From Candidatus Cloacimonadales bacterium (GTDB lineage: Bacteria; Cloacimonadota; Cloacimonadia; Cloacimonadales; JAIOQZ01), in NCBI GenBank assembly GCA_963662655.2, contig CAXXTU010000002.1:3520001-3584000 (forward strand): 64,000 nucleotides of DNA, in the 5' to 3' direction. The notes below the pieces were generated by a model that did not search any database, had not been told where the DNA came from, and worked only from the letters and a program-made list of their open reading frames with translations. Positions 9,637-20,439 of the stretch are shown one piece after another. Numbering within the stretch: the first letter of the stretch is position 1; each line of letters begins with the position of its first letter. The position numbers and the translations under genes are program-made.

Positions 9637-9691
9637 TGCCCGGAATGCTGGGAGTGTGTCTCAAGAACAGCCACTTCCGAGGGAGCGCAAA

Positions 9692-12600
9692 ATGATATCA
9701 GGACGGGCTACATTATTACTGCTTCTATTGCTATTATCAACAGTCGCATGCAATTCATACGATTTCGGAGCAGCTTGGGGACGAGTGACCCAGACCGAGG
9801 ACGATCGCTTGCCGAAGACCGGCGCTACCATCGTCGATTCGATTTACAACGCCGCCATCGCAGAAGGCGACGTCATCAACCGCCAGAAAGCGCTCATCTA
9901 CAGAATGAAGTACGTCGACGACGTGGAAGAAGACGCCTTCAGCAGAGAGCTGCAAATGGTGAAGGACGAGATAAAGGATGCCCGACCGGACATCCGCGCG
10001 TTGCTGCACTCCATGCTGGGGGAGATGTACTGGACTTACTTCGAGTCGAACCGCTGGATGCTGCTGGAGCGGACTTCGCTTGCAGATGATGAGCAGGATG
10101 ACGTCATGACCAGGGACGCGCGCAGGTTCATCGAAGAGGCCATAAAGCATTACATCCTGTCCCTCGAGCTACCGGAAGAGTATAAGAAGAAGCTTGTCGC
10201 TGACGACTACTTGCCTCTGATCAGGAAAAATGCGGAAGAAGATACCAGACCGTACCTCTTCGATTTCCTGGCCTACCGCGCGATCGACATGCTCGGAAAT
10301 GACAACGCCGGAATCGCGAGACCTCAGGACTCATTCCGTCTCGGGCCGGAATACCTCGTTCCGGCTGAAGAATTCGCCGCGATGGAGATATCGGACACCG
10401 ATACCTTAGCGCTTTCGTATCGTACCATCCTGATTTACCAGATGCTCACCCGGTTCCATCTGAATGACGATAATCCCGAATCTCTCTATTACGCGGAAGC
10501 AAAGCGCTTCGAATACATCCGTCAGACCGTCGGAACCGAAGAAATCAATCTCGCGTTCGAAGCGATTATGAAGCAATACATGGAGAAGCTCGAGAACGAT
10601 CCTGCATTCGTAGATTTTTCTTACAAACTGGCGTACTACTATTACCTCAAGGATAATCGAGGATTTCTCGCGAAATATCCACCTCAAAGCCAACGCGCGG
10701 AGCCCAAGTACTACGTCATGGCCTACGATATCTGTCAGAAGGCCATCGACAAGCAACTCGAATCGCCGTTCAATCATGATTGCCGGGAACTCCAGAATGA
10801 CATTTCCCAGAAATTGATCGCCGTATCGTTCGACCAGTGCATTCCAGTCGGAAAGATTGCTCCCATAACGATTACCTACCGCAACTGCGAGGAAGGCGCT
10901 TTTAATGTCTATCAGCTTGAAGACAGGCACAGAAGCAGTAAAATGCATTACAGGGACGAGCAGAAGATTTACGACTACTACCTCGCGTCAGAGGCATACC
11001 AACATTGGTCGATCAACTTGCCCGACCCAAAAGACTATCATGAAAGAACCTTTCTTGCGGAAATGGAAGCGTTGCCTGCCGGAGAGTACCTCATGCACAT
11101 CTCCGGTGCCGGCATAACAGAAAGGACCGAAAGATCCTGGCTACGCTTCACGGTTACGGATATCGACTGGATAACCGATTCCAGTACGGGAAGAATAATG
11201 CTTCTGGATCGCAATACCGGAGCTCCTCTCGCCGGTGCGAAGGTTGAAATATTCCGGGGATACTGGGCGGAGGACGAGCTGCCGTCGGAGGTCCGCTACA
11301 CGGATGAGAACGGGCAACTTGACCTCGAGCCCGGAGACTACCGTTTTATATTCTCATACAACGGAGATCGGCTGGATTGCAGAGACCGATACGGTATCCA
11401 CATTCCGGATCCCCAAAGGAATAACAGACGTTATAATCGCTCCAATGTCTATTTCTTCACAGACCGCAAAATCTACCGCCCCGGGCAAACCGTTTACTTC
11501 AAGGGGATCGCTGTTAACCAGGAGAACGATGCGCTTCCCGAATTGTTAACGGGCTCATCTCTGAACGTCAAGCTGGACGACGCGAACGGTCAGCCGGTTT
11601 CCAGCATGGAGTGCCGGACCAGCGAGTTCGGGAGCTTCAGCGGAAGCTTTGTCCTGCCGCAGGACGGGATCACAGGCAGTATGCGCCTGTACACGAAACA
11701 TGGTTCAACATCCATCCAGATGGAAGAATACAAGCGTCCCAAGTTCGAGGTTACGTTCGAGCCGGTCAAGGAGGTCTTCCGCCTGGGTTCGGACATCGAA
11801 GTCAAAGGCTCGGCGAAATCGTATGCCGGACCGGGAATCGTTGATGCCGAAGTGAAATATCACGTGAAGCGCGTGCGATACTGCCCGTGGTTCCGCTACT
11901 ACTTCAAGCCGGTGATGTCGAACGAGCAGGTCGTTGCCAGCGGCTCGACGCGTACATCGTCCGATGGCTCGTTCACGGTTCCCTTCAATTTGCTTCGAGA
12001 AGGGATTACACAGAGTCGCTTCGATGTCGCCTACCAGTTTATCGTTTCCGTGGATATTGTGGACAATAGCGGCGAGACGCGAAGCGAGCAGACAATCGTC
12101 TATGCGGGGAGTCGCTCGCTCGAACTCGACGTGATCGTAACGGATGCTGTCAACCGCGAGACAACCGATTCCTTCGAGCTCGTGACCCAAAACCTCATGC
12201 AGCAACACATTCCCATCGAAGGTGTTTACGAGGTCGAGCGATTGCAGCAGCCCGATCGAATCTTCCGATCCTCGGGATACGATAGTCAACCCGATACAAC
12301 CATCTACACCCGCGAGGAATTCATTCGGAAATTCCCACACGACCCTTATCTCGAAGAGGATGACACCGCAACCTGGCCGGTCGAACACCGCATGGAATCC
12401 GGTAGCTTCAATACGGGCGAGAGCAAGGAACTCGTCCTGAAGAAGCTGAGAAAATGGGATCCGGGGACGTATCGCATCAGGCTGACCGCGCAGGATCCCT
12501 TGGGAACCGAAGTGACAATCACGAAAGAGTTTGTCGTCTTCTCTCCCGAAGCAAAGCAACTGCCACGGCTCATTCCGCTCTGGGTAAAGGGGCTGAAGAC

Positions 12601-15600
12601 AACATGCGAGCCCGGCGAAAAGGCGAGCGTGCTGATCGGCAGCTCGTATCCTGACGCGACGATCCTGTATAGCTGGCGATGCAAGAATCAGGTTCTGAAG
12701 GAAGATATCATCAGGCTGGATAACGAGCAGAAGGTGATCGAGCACCCCGTTATCGAGGACTATCGCGGCGGATTTTCACTGATCGTCGTTATGCTCCACG
12801 ACAACAGGGCATACATCGAAGACGTGCCGATCGAGGTTCCGTGGTCGAACAAAAAACTCGATATCACCTGGTCGACATTCAGGGACAAGCTCGAGCCCGG
12901 AAGCAAGGAGACGTTCTCGGTAAAAATCAAGGATCATTCCGGGGAAAAGAGCCATGCTGAAATGCTTGTCGCCATGTACGACGCCTCACTGGACCAGTTC
13001 TACCCCAATAGCTGGTCTCTGGATGTCTTTCCCCGGAACTGGTTGGACGGCCGCTGGGAAGACTGGTCGGGACGGGGGCGAATAAGTTCGATGCTGTCTC
13101 ATAGGATCAGCCACTTCAACCCGCATGAGGAGCGAATGGACGAATTGAACTGGTTCAATCACAACATGCGATGGCGATCTGGAAGACGAAATACGCCCAT
13201 GTTTGCCACTGCAAGCTACGATGACGATGCCATGATGTCGCAAGCCGCTCCCAGATCAAGCACATCGCGATTACATTTGAAAACGGAAGCGTTCAATGTG
13301 GAAGGGATGGAAATGGAGAGCGACAAAGCGATGTCTGCCGGAGCCGGCGGAGCTCCACCGGAATCGTCGCAAATCCAGGTTCGCAAGAATTTCGCGGAAA
13401 CAGCCTTCTTCTATCCTGAGCTGCACAGCGATGAGAGCGGGGAAATATCCTTCACGTTCCAGGTTCCGGAGGCGTTGACGCGCTGGAAACTGATGGGGCT
13501 GGCACACAACGAATCGCTGGGCACAGGAACCACGGAGAAGTTCCTCGTCACCCAGAAAGAACTCATGGTGACGCCCAATCTGCCGCGTTTCCTTCGTGAG
13601 GGAGATCGTATTACACTTTCCGCACGAATCAACAGCCTTTCACCGGAGAGCGTTTCGGGCACGGCGGAGCTTCGCCTGTTCGATGCCGAAACGATGAATC
13701 CCATCGATGAAGCGATGAATAGCGCGACACCGGAAGTCCCGTTCACGCTCGCACCGGAAGGAAGCACGTCCATCGACTGGACGATTTCGATCCCCGACAC
13801 CTATCAGGCGGTAATCGTCCGTATGACTGCCAGAACGGCGTCCTTCTCCGACGGCGAAGAGAACCTGCTGCCGGTTTTACCCAACAGAATGCTTGTAACC
13901 GAGTCCTTACCGCTCCCGATTCGCGGCGAGAAGGAGAAGCAGTTCTCCTTCCGCAAACTGAAGGAATCGGGAGATTCCTCCACCTTGAAGCACCACCGGT
14001 TCACGCTCGAGTTTACCACCAATCCCGCCTGGTACGTGGTGCAGGCGCTTCCATATATGGCGGAGTACCCTTACGAGTGCTCGGAGCAGGTTTTCACGAG
14101 GTTCTACGCGAACGAGCTGGCTGGATTCATCGTAAAGCAGAATCCCAAAATCGAGCGGATTTTCTCCCAGTGGCGCGACCTCCCCGATTCGGAAGCGCTG
14201 CTCTCCAATCTGGAGAAGAATCAGGAACTCAAATCGCTGGTTCTGGAAGAGACGCCCTGGGTGCGACAGGCTCAGAACGAGACCGAGCGCAAGAAGCGGA
14301 TCGGCATCCTGTTCGACATCAACCACATGTCCATGATGAGGCAAACGACAATGAGGAAGTTGATCCAGAAGCAGAAGCCGAGCGGCGCGTGGCCGTGGTT
14401 CGAGGGAATGCCCGAAAGCCGGTACATCACCCAGTACATCGCCGAAGGATTCGGGCACCTGCGAGAGCTGGGCGCGCTGAAAGAGGGCAGCGATGTTGTC
14501 GCGTGCTATCGAAAGGCCGTGTTGTGGCTGGATAGCCGGATGACCGAAGACTATCGGGATTTGATCGAGGATGGCAAGAATCTGGATGAACAGCATATCC
14601 AGAGAATCCACATTCACTATCTCTACATGCGGAGCTTTTTCCAGGATATCCCCGTTGAAGAAGCCAATCGCGAAGCCTGGGAATATTACCTGAGCCAGGC
14701 AAAGACATGGTGGCGGGATCGATCGCTTTACACGAGCGGATTGCAGGCTTTGGCGCTGGATCGTCTGGGCGGGGAAGAGATTCCGGCGAAGATTGTTGCC
14801 TCGATGCGAGAGCATGCGCTTCACTCGGATGAGATGGGGATGTACTGGAAAGAGAATCAACCCGGGTACTACTGGTATGAGGCTCCCATCGAGACGCAGT
14901 CGCTCTTGATCGAGCTTTTCGGAGCGCTCGGGACGAATGAGGAGGTCGATGAAATGCGCTTATGGTTGCTCAAGCAGAAACAGGTACAGGACTGGAAGAC
15001 CACCAAGGCGACGGCGGAAGCGTGCTACGCGCTTCTGTGCAGTGGATCGAGCTGGATTACGAGCGACGAGCCGGTGCAAATCACGGTGGGGGATCGCATG
15101 GTGGTCCCCGAGTCTCTCGAGCCCGGAACAGGCTATTTCAAAGAGAGCTGGGCTGGCTCGGAGGTTGACGCTGCGATGGGCGACATCAAGGTGGCGAATC
15201 CCAACGACCACGCCGCCTGGGGCGCGGTTTACTGGCAGTACTTCGAAGACCTTGACAAGATCGATTCCCATGAGACTCCCTTGTCGCTGAAGAAGCAGCT
15301 ATTCATCGAGCGCAAAGACGCGAGTGGAACCAGGCTCCATCCGCTATCTCCCGAAGAGAGGATCGAGGTCGGAGACCGGGTGATCGTGCGCATCGAGCTG
15401 CGGGTCGACCGTGAGATGGATTACGTCCACATGAAGGACATGCGAGCCGCCGGATTCGAGCCGGAAAACGTGATCTCCAGCTCGAAATATCAGGATGGGC
15501 TCTGGTACTACGAGTCCACGCGCGATGCCACGACGAACTTCTTCTTCAATCGCCTGCACAAGGGTACTTTTGTTTTCGAGTACCCCCTGCGAGCCTTCCA

Positions 15601-15700
15601 GGCGGGAGAGTTCTCCAATGGAATCACCACGATCCAGTGCATGTACGCGCCGGAGTTTACGTCGCACTCGGAAGGAACTCGAATCGACATCGAACGATAA
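9692..15700 (+). CDS. Alpha-2-macroglobulin family protein (probable lipoprotein)
   Basis: FTDRKIYRPGQTV (MG2), EEYKRPKFEV, VRKNFAETAFFYP, PEALTRW, thioester motif YPYECSEQ, receptor-binding domain with TTIQCMYAPEF. Signal peptide ending TVAC. ATG 9692 has a GGGAG RBS. Confidence 0.95.
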   Translation: MISGRATLLLLLLLLSTVACNSYDFGAAWGRVTQTEDDRLPKTGATIVDSIYNAAIAEGDVINRQKALIYRMKYVDDVEEDAFSRELQMVKDEIKDARPDIRALLHSMLGEMYWTYFESNRWMLLERTSLADDEQDDVMTRDARRFIEEAIKHYILSLELPEEYKKKLVADDYLPLIRKNAEEDTRPYLFDFLAYRAIDMLGNDNAGIARPQDSFRLGPEYLVPAEEFAAMEISDTDTLALSYRTILIYQMLTRFHLNDDNPESLYYAEAKRFEYIRQTVGTEEINLAFEAIMKQYMEKLENDPAFVDFSYKLAYYYYLKDNRGFLAKYPPQSQRAEPKYYVMAYDICQKAIDKQLESPFNHDCRELQNDISQKLIAVSFDQCIPVGKIAPITITYRNCEEGAFNVYQLEDRHRSSKMHYRDEQKIYDYYLASEAYQHWSINLPDPKDYHERTFLAEMEALPAGEYLMHISGAGITERTERSWLRFTVTDIDWITDSSTGRIMLLDRNTGAPLAGAKVEIFRGYWAEDELPSEVRYTDENGQLDLEPGDYRFIFSYNGDRLDCRDRYGIHIPDPQRNNRRYNRSNVYFFTDRKIYRPGQTVYFKGIAVNQENDALPELLTGSSLNVKLDDANGQPVSSMECRTSEFGSFSGSFVLPQDGITGSMRLYTKHGSTSIQMEEYKRPKFEVTFEPVKEVFRLGSDIEVKGSAKSYAGPGIVDAEVKYHVKRVRYCPWFRYYFKPVMSNEQVVASGSTRTSSDGSFTVPFNLLREGITQSRFDVAYQFIVSVDIVDNSGETRSEQTIVYAGSRSLELDVIVTDAVNRETTDSFELVTQNLMQQHIPIEGVYEVERLQQPDRIFRSSGYDSQPDTTIYTREEFIRKFPHDPYLEEDDTATWPVEHRMESGSFNTGESKELVLKKLRKWDPGTYRIRLTAQDPLGTEVTITKEFVVFSPEAKQLPRLIPLWVKGLKTTCEPGEKASVLIGSSYPDATILYSWRCKNQVLKEDIIRLDNEQKVIEHPVIEDYRGGFSLIVVMLHDNRAYIEDVPIEVPWSNKKLDITWSTFRDKLEPGSKETFSVKIKDHSGEKSHAEMLVAMYDASLDQFYPNSWSLDVFPRNWLDGRWEDWSGRGRISSMLSHRISHFNPHEERMDELNWFNHNMRWRSGRRNTPMFATASYDDDAMMSQAAPRSSTSRLHLKTEAFNVEGMEMESDKAMSAGAGGAPPESSQIQVRKNFAETAFFYPELHSDESGEISFTFQVPEALTRWKLMGLAHNESLGTGTTEKFLVTQKELMVTPNLPRFLREGDRITLSARINSLSPESVSGTAELRLFDAETMNPIDEAMNSATPEVPFTLAPEGSTSIDWTISIPDTYQAVIVRMTARTASFSDGEENLLPVLPNRMLVTESLPLPIRGEKEKQFSFRKLKESGDSSTLKHHRFTLEFTTNPAWYVVQALPYMAEYPYECSEQVFTRFYANELAGFIVKQNPKIERIFSQWRDLPDSEALLSNLEKNQELKSLVLEETPWVRQAQNETERKKRIGILFDINHMSMMRQTTMRKLIQKQKPSGAWPWFEGMPESRYITQYIAEGFGHLRELGALKEGSDVVACYRKAVLWLDSRMTEDYRDLIEDGKNLDEQHIQRIHIHYLYMRSFFQDIPVEEANREAWEYYLSQAKTWWRDRSLYTSGLQALALDRLGGEEIPAKIVASMREHALHSDEMGMYWKENQPGYYWYEAPIETQSLLIELFGALGTNEEVDEMRLWLLKQKQVQDWKTTKATAEACYALLCSGSSWITSDEPVQITVGDRMVVPESLEPGTGYFKESWAGSEVDAAMGDIKVANPNDHAAWGAVYWQYFEDLDKIDSHETPLSLKKQLFIERKDASGTRLHPLSPEERIEVGDRVIVRIELRVDREMDYVHMKDMRAAGFEPENVISSSKYQDGLWYYESTRDATTNFFFNRLHKGTFVFEYPLRAFQAGEFSNGITTIQCMYAPEFTSHSEGTRIDIER

Positions 15701-15733
15701 TTGATCACGAAAGTGTAGAAAAGAGAACGGAAT

Positions 15734-18583
15734 ATGATGAAAAACGGATTACTGCTGTTACTGCTGATGGCTGTCGCCGCCTTGAACGCGCAAATCTACG
15801 ATTATACGAATTCGGTGAATCCACCGAGCGTCGAGTGGCGCCAGTTGCGCACGGAGCATTTCCATCTGATTTTCCCGAAGGAGATCGAGGAGGACGTGCA
15901 AAAGGTGGCTAATCGCCTCGAGTACCTGTATACGCCCCTGACGAAGACCATGGACGCGAAGATGAAGCCCTGGACGATCGTGTTGAGCAACCGCACCGCG
16001 ATAACCAACGGATACGTTTCGATGGCTCCCAGGATGTCGCAGTTCTACCCGACACCCCCGCAGGATCAGCTTACGGGTGGCCTGGACTGGTACAGCCTGC
16101 TCAGCATCCATGAAACCAGGCACATGGTGCAGTACGACAAGCTGAACACGGGCATGACCAAGGTTTTCAGTTATATCATGGGCGAATACGGTATCGCCAT
16201 GTGCGCGATAATCTCGACGCCGTTGTGGTTCTTCGAGGGGGACGCGGTTGCTACGGAAACGGCTCTCACAAACTGGGGGCGCGGACGCATCCCGAGCTTC
16301 GACGTTACCGAGCGAGCGATACTGCTTTCGGGGGATCGGCCCAGTTACTATCAGGCTTACCTGCGATCGTATCAGGATTTCTATCCGAATCATTATCTTC
16401 TGGGTTACTTGCTTGTCACGGGAGCAAGGCGCGAGCACTCCGCCGATACCTGGGCGAAGGTCGTTTATGGTACCTCGAAGTTCTCGATCTGGCCCTACCG
16501 GTTTTCAACGGTTCTCAAAGCGCGAAACAGGGAATGTACGCCGAGGAGCTTTACAATAAAACCTGCGCCGATCTGAAGGAGATGTGGCGCGCGCAGTTGA
16601 AGGGCATGAAATTCACCGAGGCGAAGGCCGTTTCGCCCATCCAATTCCGATGGCTGGATGCAGTACGTAACGCCGTATTACGATAAGAACGGAAACGTTG
16701 TCTCCATGCGTACGGGCCTGGGGCAAATCCCCGAACTGGTGCGCATCGACGATGAACTGAACGTGTACCATCTTGCCTATGTGCAAAGCGCAAGAGCGAT
16801 TCTCGAGCAATGGAGACGTCGCCGTGTGGAGTCGCTACACGCCGGATATCCGCCTGGGGGAACCAGAGCTTCCTCGGATATCGTGACCTGCGATCTGCAG
16901 AACGGATCCAAGCGCCAGATCACCCACCGGGGGAAGTTCTTCGCGCCGGCGATATCACCCGATGGGCAACGGATTGTCGCGGTGAGATACACCAGGGAGC
17001 GTGACTGCGATCTGGTGATCATGGATGCAGAAAGCGGGAAGCTGATTCGCGAAATTCCCAATCCCGATAACGATTTTCTGGAAACGCCATGCTGGACGGA
17101 CGACGGACGTCTCGTCTATCTGCGCCAACACGACAACAAGCTCCGGATGGAGATTCTGACTGTCGAGACTGGCGTGGCTCAGGTGCTAACCCCCTACGAT
17201 ACAGAGTATATCTCTTCGCCGGTCTCACGTGGGAAATACGTTTACTACAGCTCGGCCTATTCGGGGATCGATCACATCTATGCGCTGGACATGGAGACGG
17301 GCGCGCGCTATCGCGTGGTAACCCGCAGGTTCGGCGCGTACCATCCATCGGTTTCCACAGATGGGAAGAAGCTTCTCTTCGCCGACTACCGCGATGAAAA
17401 CGGTTACAGGATTTACGAGATCGATAACGATCCGAGCGCTTGGGAGAAGCTGGAAGACGTGGAAATCCGAACGCTGTATTATTTCGATCCGCTCGTTCAC
17501 CAGGAGCAGGGGAAATCTGTTTACGAGGACGCGGACATCCCGGATCGCACGTTCGCGACGGAACCGTATTCACCGATCCTGCACACGCTGAATTTCCATA
17601 GCTGGATTCTCGGGGGTACCGATACCGAGATCAGCCTCGATCTGATGTCGGACGATGTGCTTGGAACGACCCACACGCAGGCGGGTGTTTACTTCAACGT
17701 CAACGAAAATGTCCCCGGCATCCGGGCGAGCATCGAGTACATGCAATTGCCCATCGTCCTCGGGATTGAGCTGGATAGCGGTGGACGAACGACCGTATAC
17801 TCGGACAGCCTGGACGACGAGAAGGACATCGAGGACAACTGGCGCGAGTTTTCAACGACATTCGGCGCGCATCTGCCTCTGAACTTCTCGCGAGGCGCAT
17901 GGTGGTCGAAAATCGATGTGGGTTCCGAGATAAGCTATGTGTATGCACAGGAGAAGGACTATTTCGAATCGTACGAGATGGGCAATGGCACCCTCGTGCC
18001 GGTGCGTTACTACGGAGAGATATACCATATCCTTCAGCCCTCTTCGCGGGATATTGCGCCGCGCTGGGGCCACAAGCTGAATGCCTCCTTCACCACGACG
18101 CCGTTTTCGCAGGAAGCGTATTCCGATTTCACGGGTAAGCTGTTCTCGGGGCGGTACAAAGTGTATGTCCCGGGTTTCATGAAGCACCACAGCCTGAAAC
18201 TAACGGCGGAGTACGAGAAGATGTATGAAGGCAACTATCGCTTCATGCGCGAGATGCTTTTCCCGCGAGGCTACGACGACCACGATCATGAGGACTTCTA
18301 CAAGGGAACCGTTTCGTATCGCTTCCCGATATCGTACAACGATTTTTACCTGGGGCGCTGGCTCTATCTGAGATCGAACACCGGTGGCGCGTTCTTCGAT
18401 TACGGTGTCGCCGAAGACGAAGAAACCACCACGCTCTATCGCTCTTTCGGTCTGGAGACGGAGTTCGAAACGGTGCTCTTTTCCAATATCAACTTGCAGA
18501 TCAATCTGGGATTGCGCGCAGCTTACCGCGTTGAGGAAGAGGATGTGGCGTTCGAGGTTTTCCTTGGGGGCTTCGACTTCTGA
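15734..18583 (+). CDS. Secreted HEXXH metallopeptidase + TolB-like beta-propeller + Omp85-like barrel protein, frameshifted in this sequence (ORFs 15734-16576 and 16658-18583)
   Basis: Signal peptide, HETRH and PLWFFEGDAV (peptidase MA-like), PD40-type repeats (PAISPDG, PSVSTDG), C-terminal beta-strands ending in Phe. About six +1 homopolymer insertions at 16517-16873 break the frame. Confidence 0.8.
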
Positions 18584-18584
18584 T

Positions 18585-18617
18585 AAAAAATCCCCTCCTC
18601 CGTCTGGAGAAGGGGAT
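18585..18617 (-). terminator. Intrinsic terminator for degP (possibly bidirectional)
   Basis: ATCCCCTCCTCC-gtct-GGAGAAGGGGAT hairpin with an A6 run on its left (T run on the minus strand). Confidence 0.75.
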
Positions 18618-18740
18618 GAGAGGTATATGATTTTCCGATTGAAGAACCATCAAGCGAAAATGGCCAATCGGGAAAACCTTTCAGGAGAACCATTTCCGCT
18701 CTGATTCATGAGCCAATCAAAGCGGAAATTGTACAGGTGA

Positions 18741-20156
18741 CTATTTTGCTTCAATCGCTACATAGCGATAGTAGCGATTCTGAGAGAGGACATAGAGAAG
18801 AATGTTTGAACCTTTTTCCGTCGCTTCATCGATTTCGCGCTGGAAATCTTTCGCGTCTTCAACCGTCTGGTAATTAACCTCGAGAATCACATCTCCCTGC
18901 TGCAATCCCGCGTCCTGAGCCGGAGAATCTGGCTCTACCCGCACAATGATCACGCCGTTGGATGCCTGCGAGCGATACCGGTAAGCCCTTTCGTCGTTCA
19001 GGGAAATCACGTCGAGACCGAGGTCTTTCTTCGTCGATTTCTCCTCCGATTTCGCCACGGATTCCTCCTCCGGGAACTCTTCGAGCACCGGATAGTATGC
19101 GATCGGTTTTCCCTGGCGCATCACCTGCAATCGAACTTTCTCGCCGGGCTGATGATTGGCGACAAGGATGCGGAACCTTGAAACGGAGGTGATCTTCTCG
19201 TCGCCGACTTCGGTAATCACGTCGCCTTTCTTCAATCCGGCCTTCTCAGCGGGTGTGTCCTCGGCAACGCGAGCAACCAGAACGCCGGAGATATCTTCGA
19301 GTCCGAGCGATTTCTTGAGCTCGGGCGTTACTTCCTGCGGAACGATTCCCAGGTAAGCGCGGACGACGTGTCCCTCGTTGAGGAGGTCGTCGCTGACCTT
19401 GCGAGCGATGTCCACTGGAATCGCGAATCCAATGCCCACATTGCCGCCTGCGGGACTGGTGATCGCGGCGTTCACGCCGATCACTTCACCCTTGATGTTC
19501 AGCAGGGGACCTCCGCTGTTACCCGGGTTGATGGCGGCGTCTGTTTGGATGTAGTCTTGATAAAGAGGGGAGTCGTTACCGAAATTGAGGTTGGAACGCC
19601 CCTTCGCGGAAATGACGCCGACGGTAACCGTGCGCTCGAGCCCGAGCTCGCCAAAGGGATTGCCGATGGCGATCGCCCAGTCGCCGACTTCCAGCTCTTC
19701 GGAATCTCCCAGCGGTGCAATGACGACCTTTTCTTTGTCATCAACTTCAATCTTGATCACCGCGAGATCGGTGCTTGGGTCTTTGCCCACCACTTCGGCG
19801 TCGAATTTCGCCTTGTCTGCGAGGGTAACCGTGATTTCGGCCTTATCGCTGCTGCCGAGCACGTGGTTGTTGGTCATGATGTAGACGTCGTTGCCGTCGC
19901 GCTTGAAGATGAAGCCGCTTCCGAGCTGCGTCGATTTCCTTGTCTGCGGCAGTTGTGGGTAGTAGAATTTAAAGAACTCCTCGAATGATGGGTTGCGAAA
20001 GTTGACGGAATACTCCGATTCGACCTTTATATGAACAACCGATTCACGGATGTTTTTTACTACATCGACAAAGGGAGATTTGCCATCATCCGTTAAAGGA
20101 AGCGCTGACAAAGCAATGATGGAAAACAGGCTGATTAAAAGGATTACACGTTTCAT
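18741..20156 (-). CDS. degP: DegP/HtrA (Do-type) serine protease with two PDZ domains
   Basis: GSGF, TNNHV, DLAVIK, IQTDAAINPGNSGG, two PDZ domains, signal peptide. Confidence 0.95.
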   Translation of the reverse strand: MKRVILLISLFSIIALSALPLTDDGKSPFVDVVKNIRESVVHIKVESEYSVNFRNPSFEEFFKFYYPQLPQTRKSTQLGSGFIFKRDGNDVYIMTNNHVLGSSDKAEITVTLADKAKFDAEVVGKDPSTDLAVIKIEVDDKEKVVIAPLGDSEELEVGDWAIAIGNPFGELGLERTVTVGVISAKGRSNLNFGNDSPLYQDYIQTDAAINPGNSGGPLLNIKGEVIGVNAAITSPAGGNVGIGFAIPVDIARKVSDDLLNEGHVVRAYLGIVPQEVTPELKKSLGLEDISGVLVARVAEDTPAEKAGLKKGDVITEVGDEKITSVSRFRILVANHQPGEKVRLQVMRQGKPIAYYPVLEEFPEEESVAKSEEKSTKKDLGLDVISLNDERAYRYRSQASNGVIIVRVEPDSPAQDAGLQQGDVILEVNYQTVEDAKDFQREIDEATEKGSNILLYVLSQNRYYRYVAIEAK

Positions 20157-20187
20157 TGTGACCTCCGCATTTTCGTTTTAATCCTAT

Positions 20188-20214
20188 AACGTCAGACGCG
20201 AAGAGAATATTACA
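20188..20214 (-). promoter_or_regulatory. Putative ECF-sigma promoter upstream of degP
   Basis: Minus strand TGTAAT-N17-CGTT about 30 nt upstream of the start codon. Confidence 0.4.
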
Positions 20215-20439
20215 AACCTTCTTTATTATTCAAGCCGGAAGAATCCGGAAGTCATGATCCGGCCGTGATATAACATGTTTATTTTATTTGCCACAGTGTA
20301 ATAATGTCTGGTGGTTGTATGCCTCCATCAAACTTCGGGTGAGTATTTTTTACAGATTCCATTGCGGAGGCTGCATAATTACATTGACACTTGTTATCCT
20401 CCTCGTTTAAAAATGTGCGATTCGAGGTACGGAGGTAAT

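Noticed and set aside
16201..16686. 161-aa ORF as an independent gene
   Set aside because: Only its 3' part carries the shifted frame of the split 15734-18583 gene.
20311..20439. N-terminal extension of the dehydrogenase ORF
   Set aside because: Spans the promoter region (TTGACA at 20384). The GGAGG RBS supports ATG 20440.
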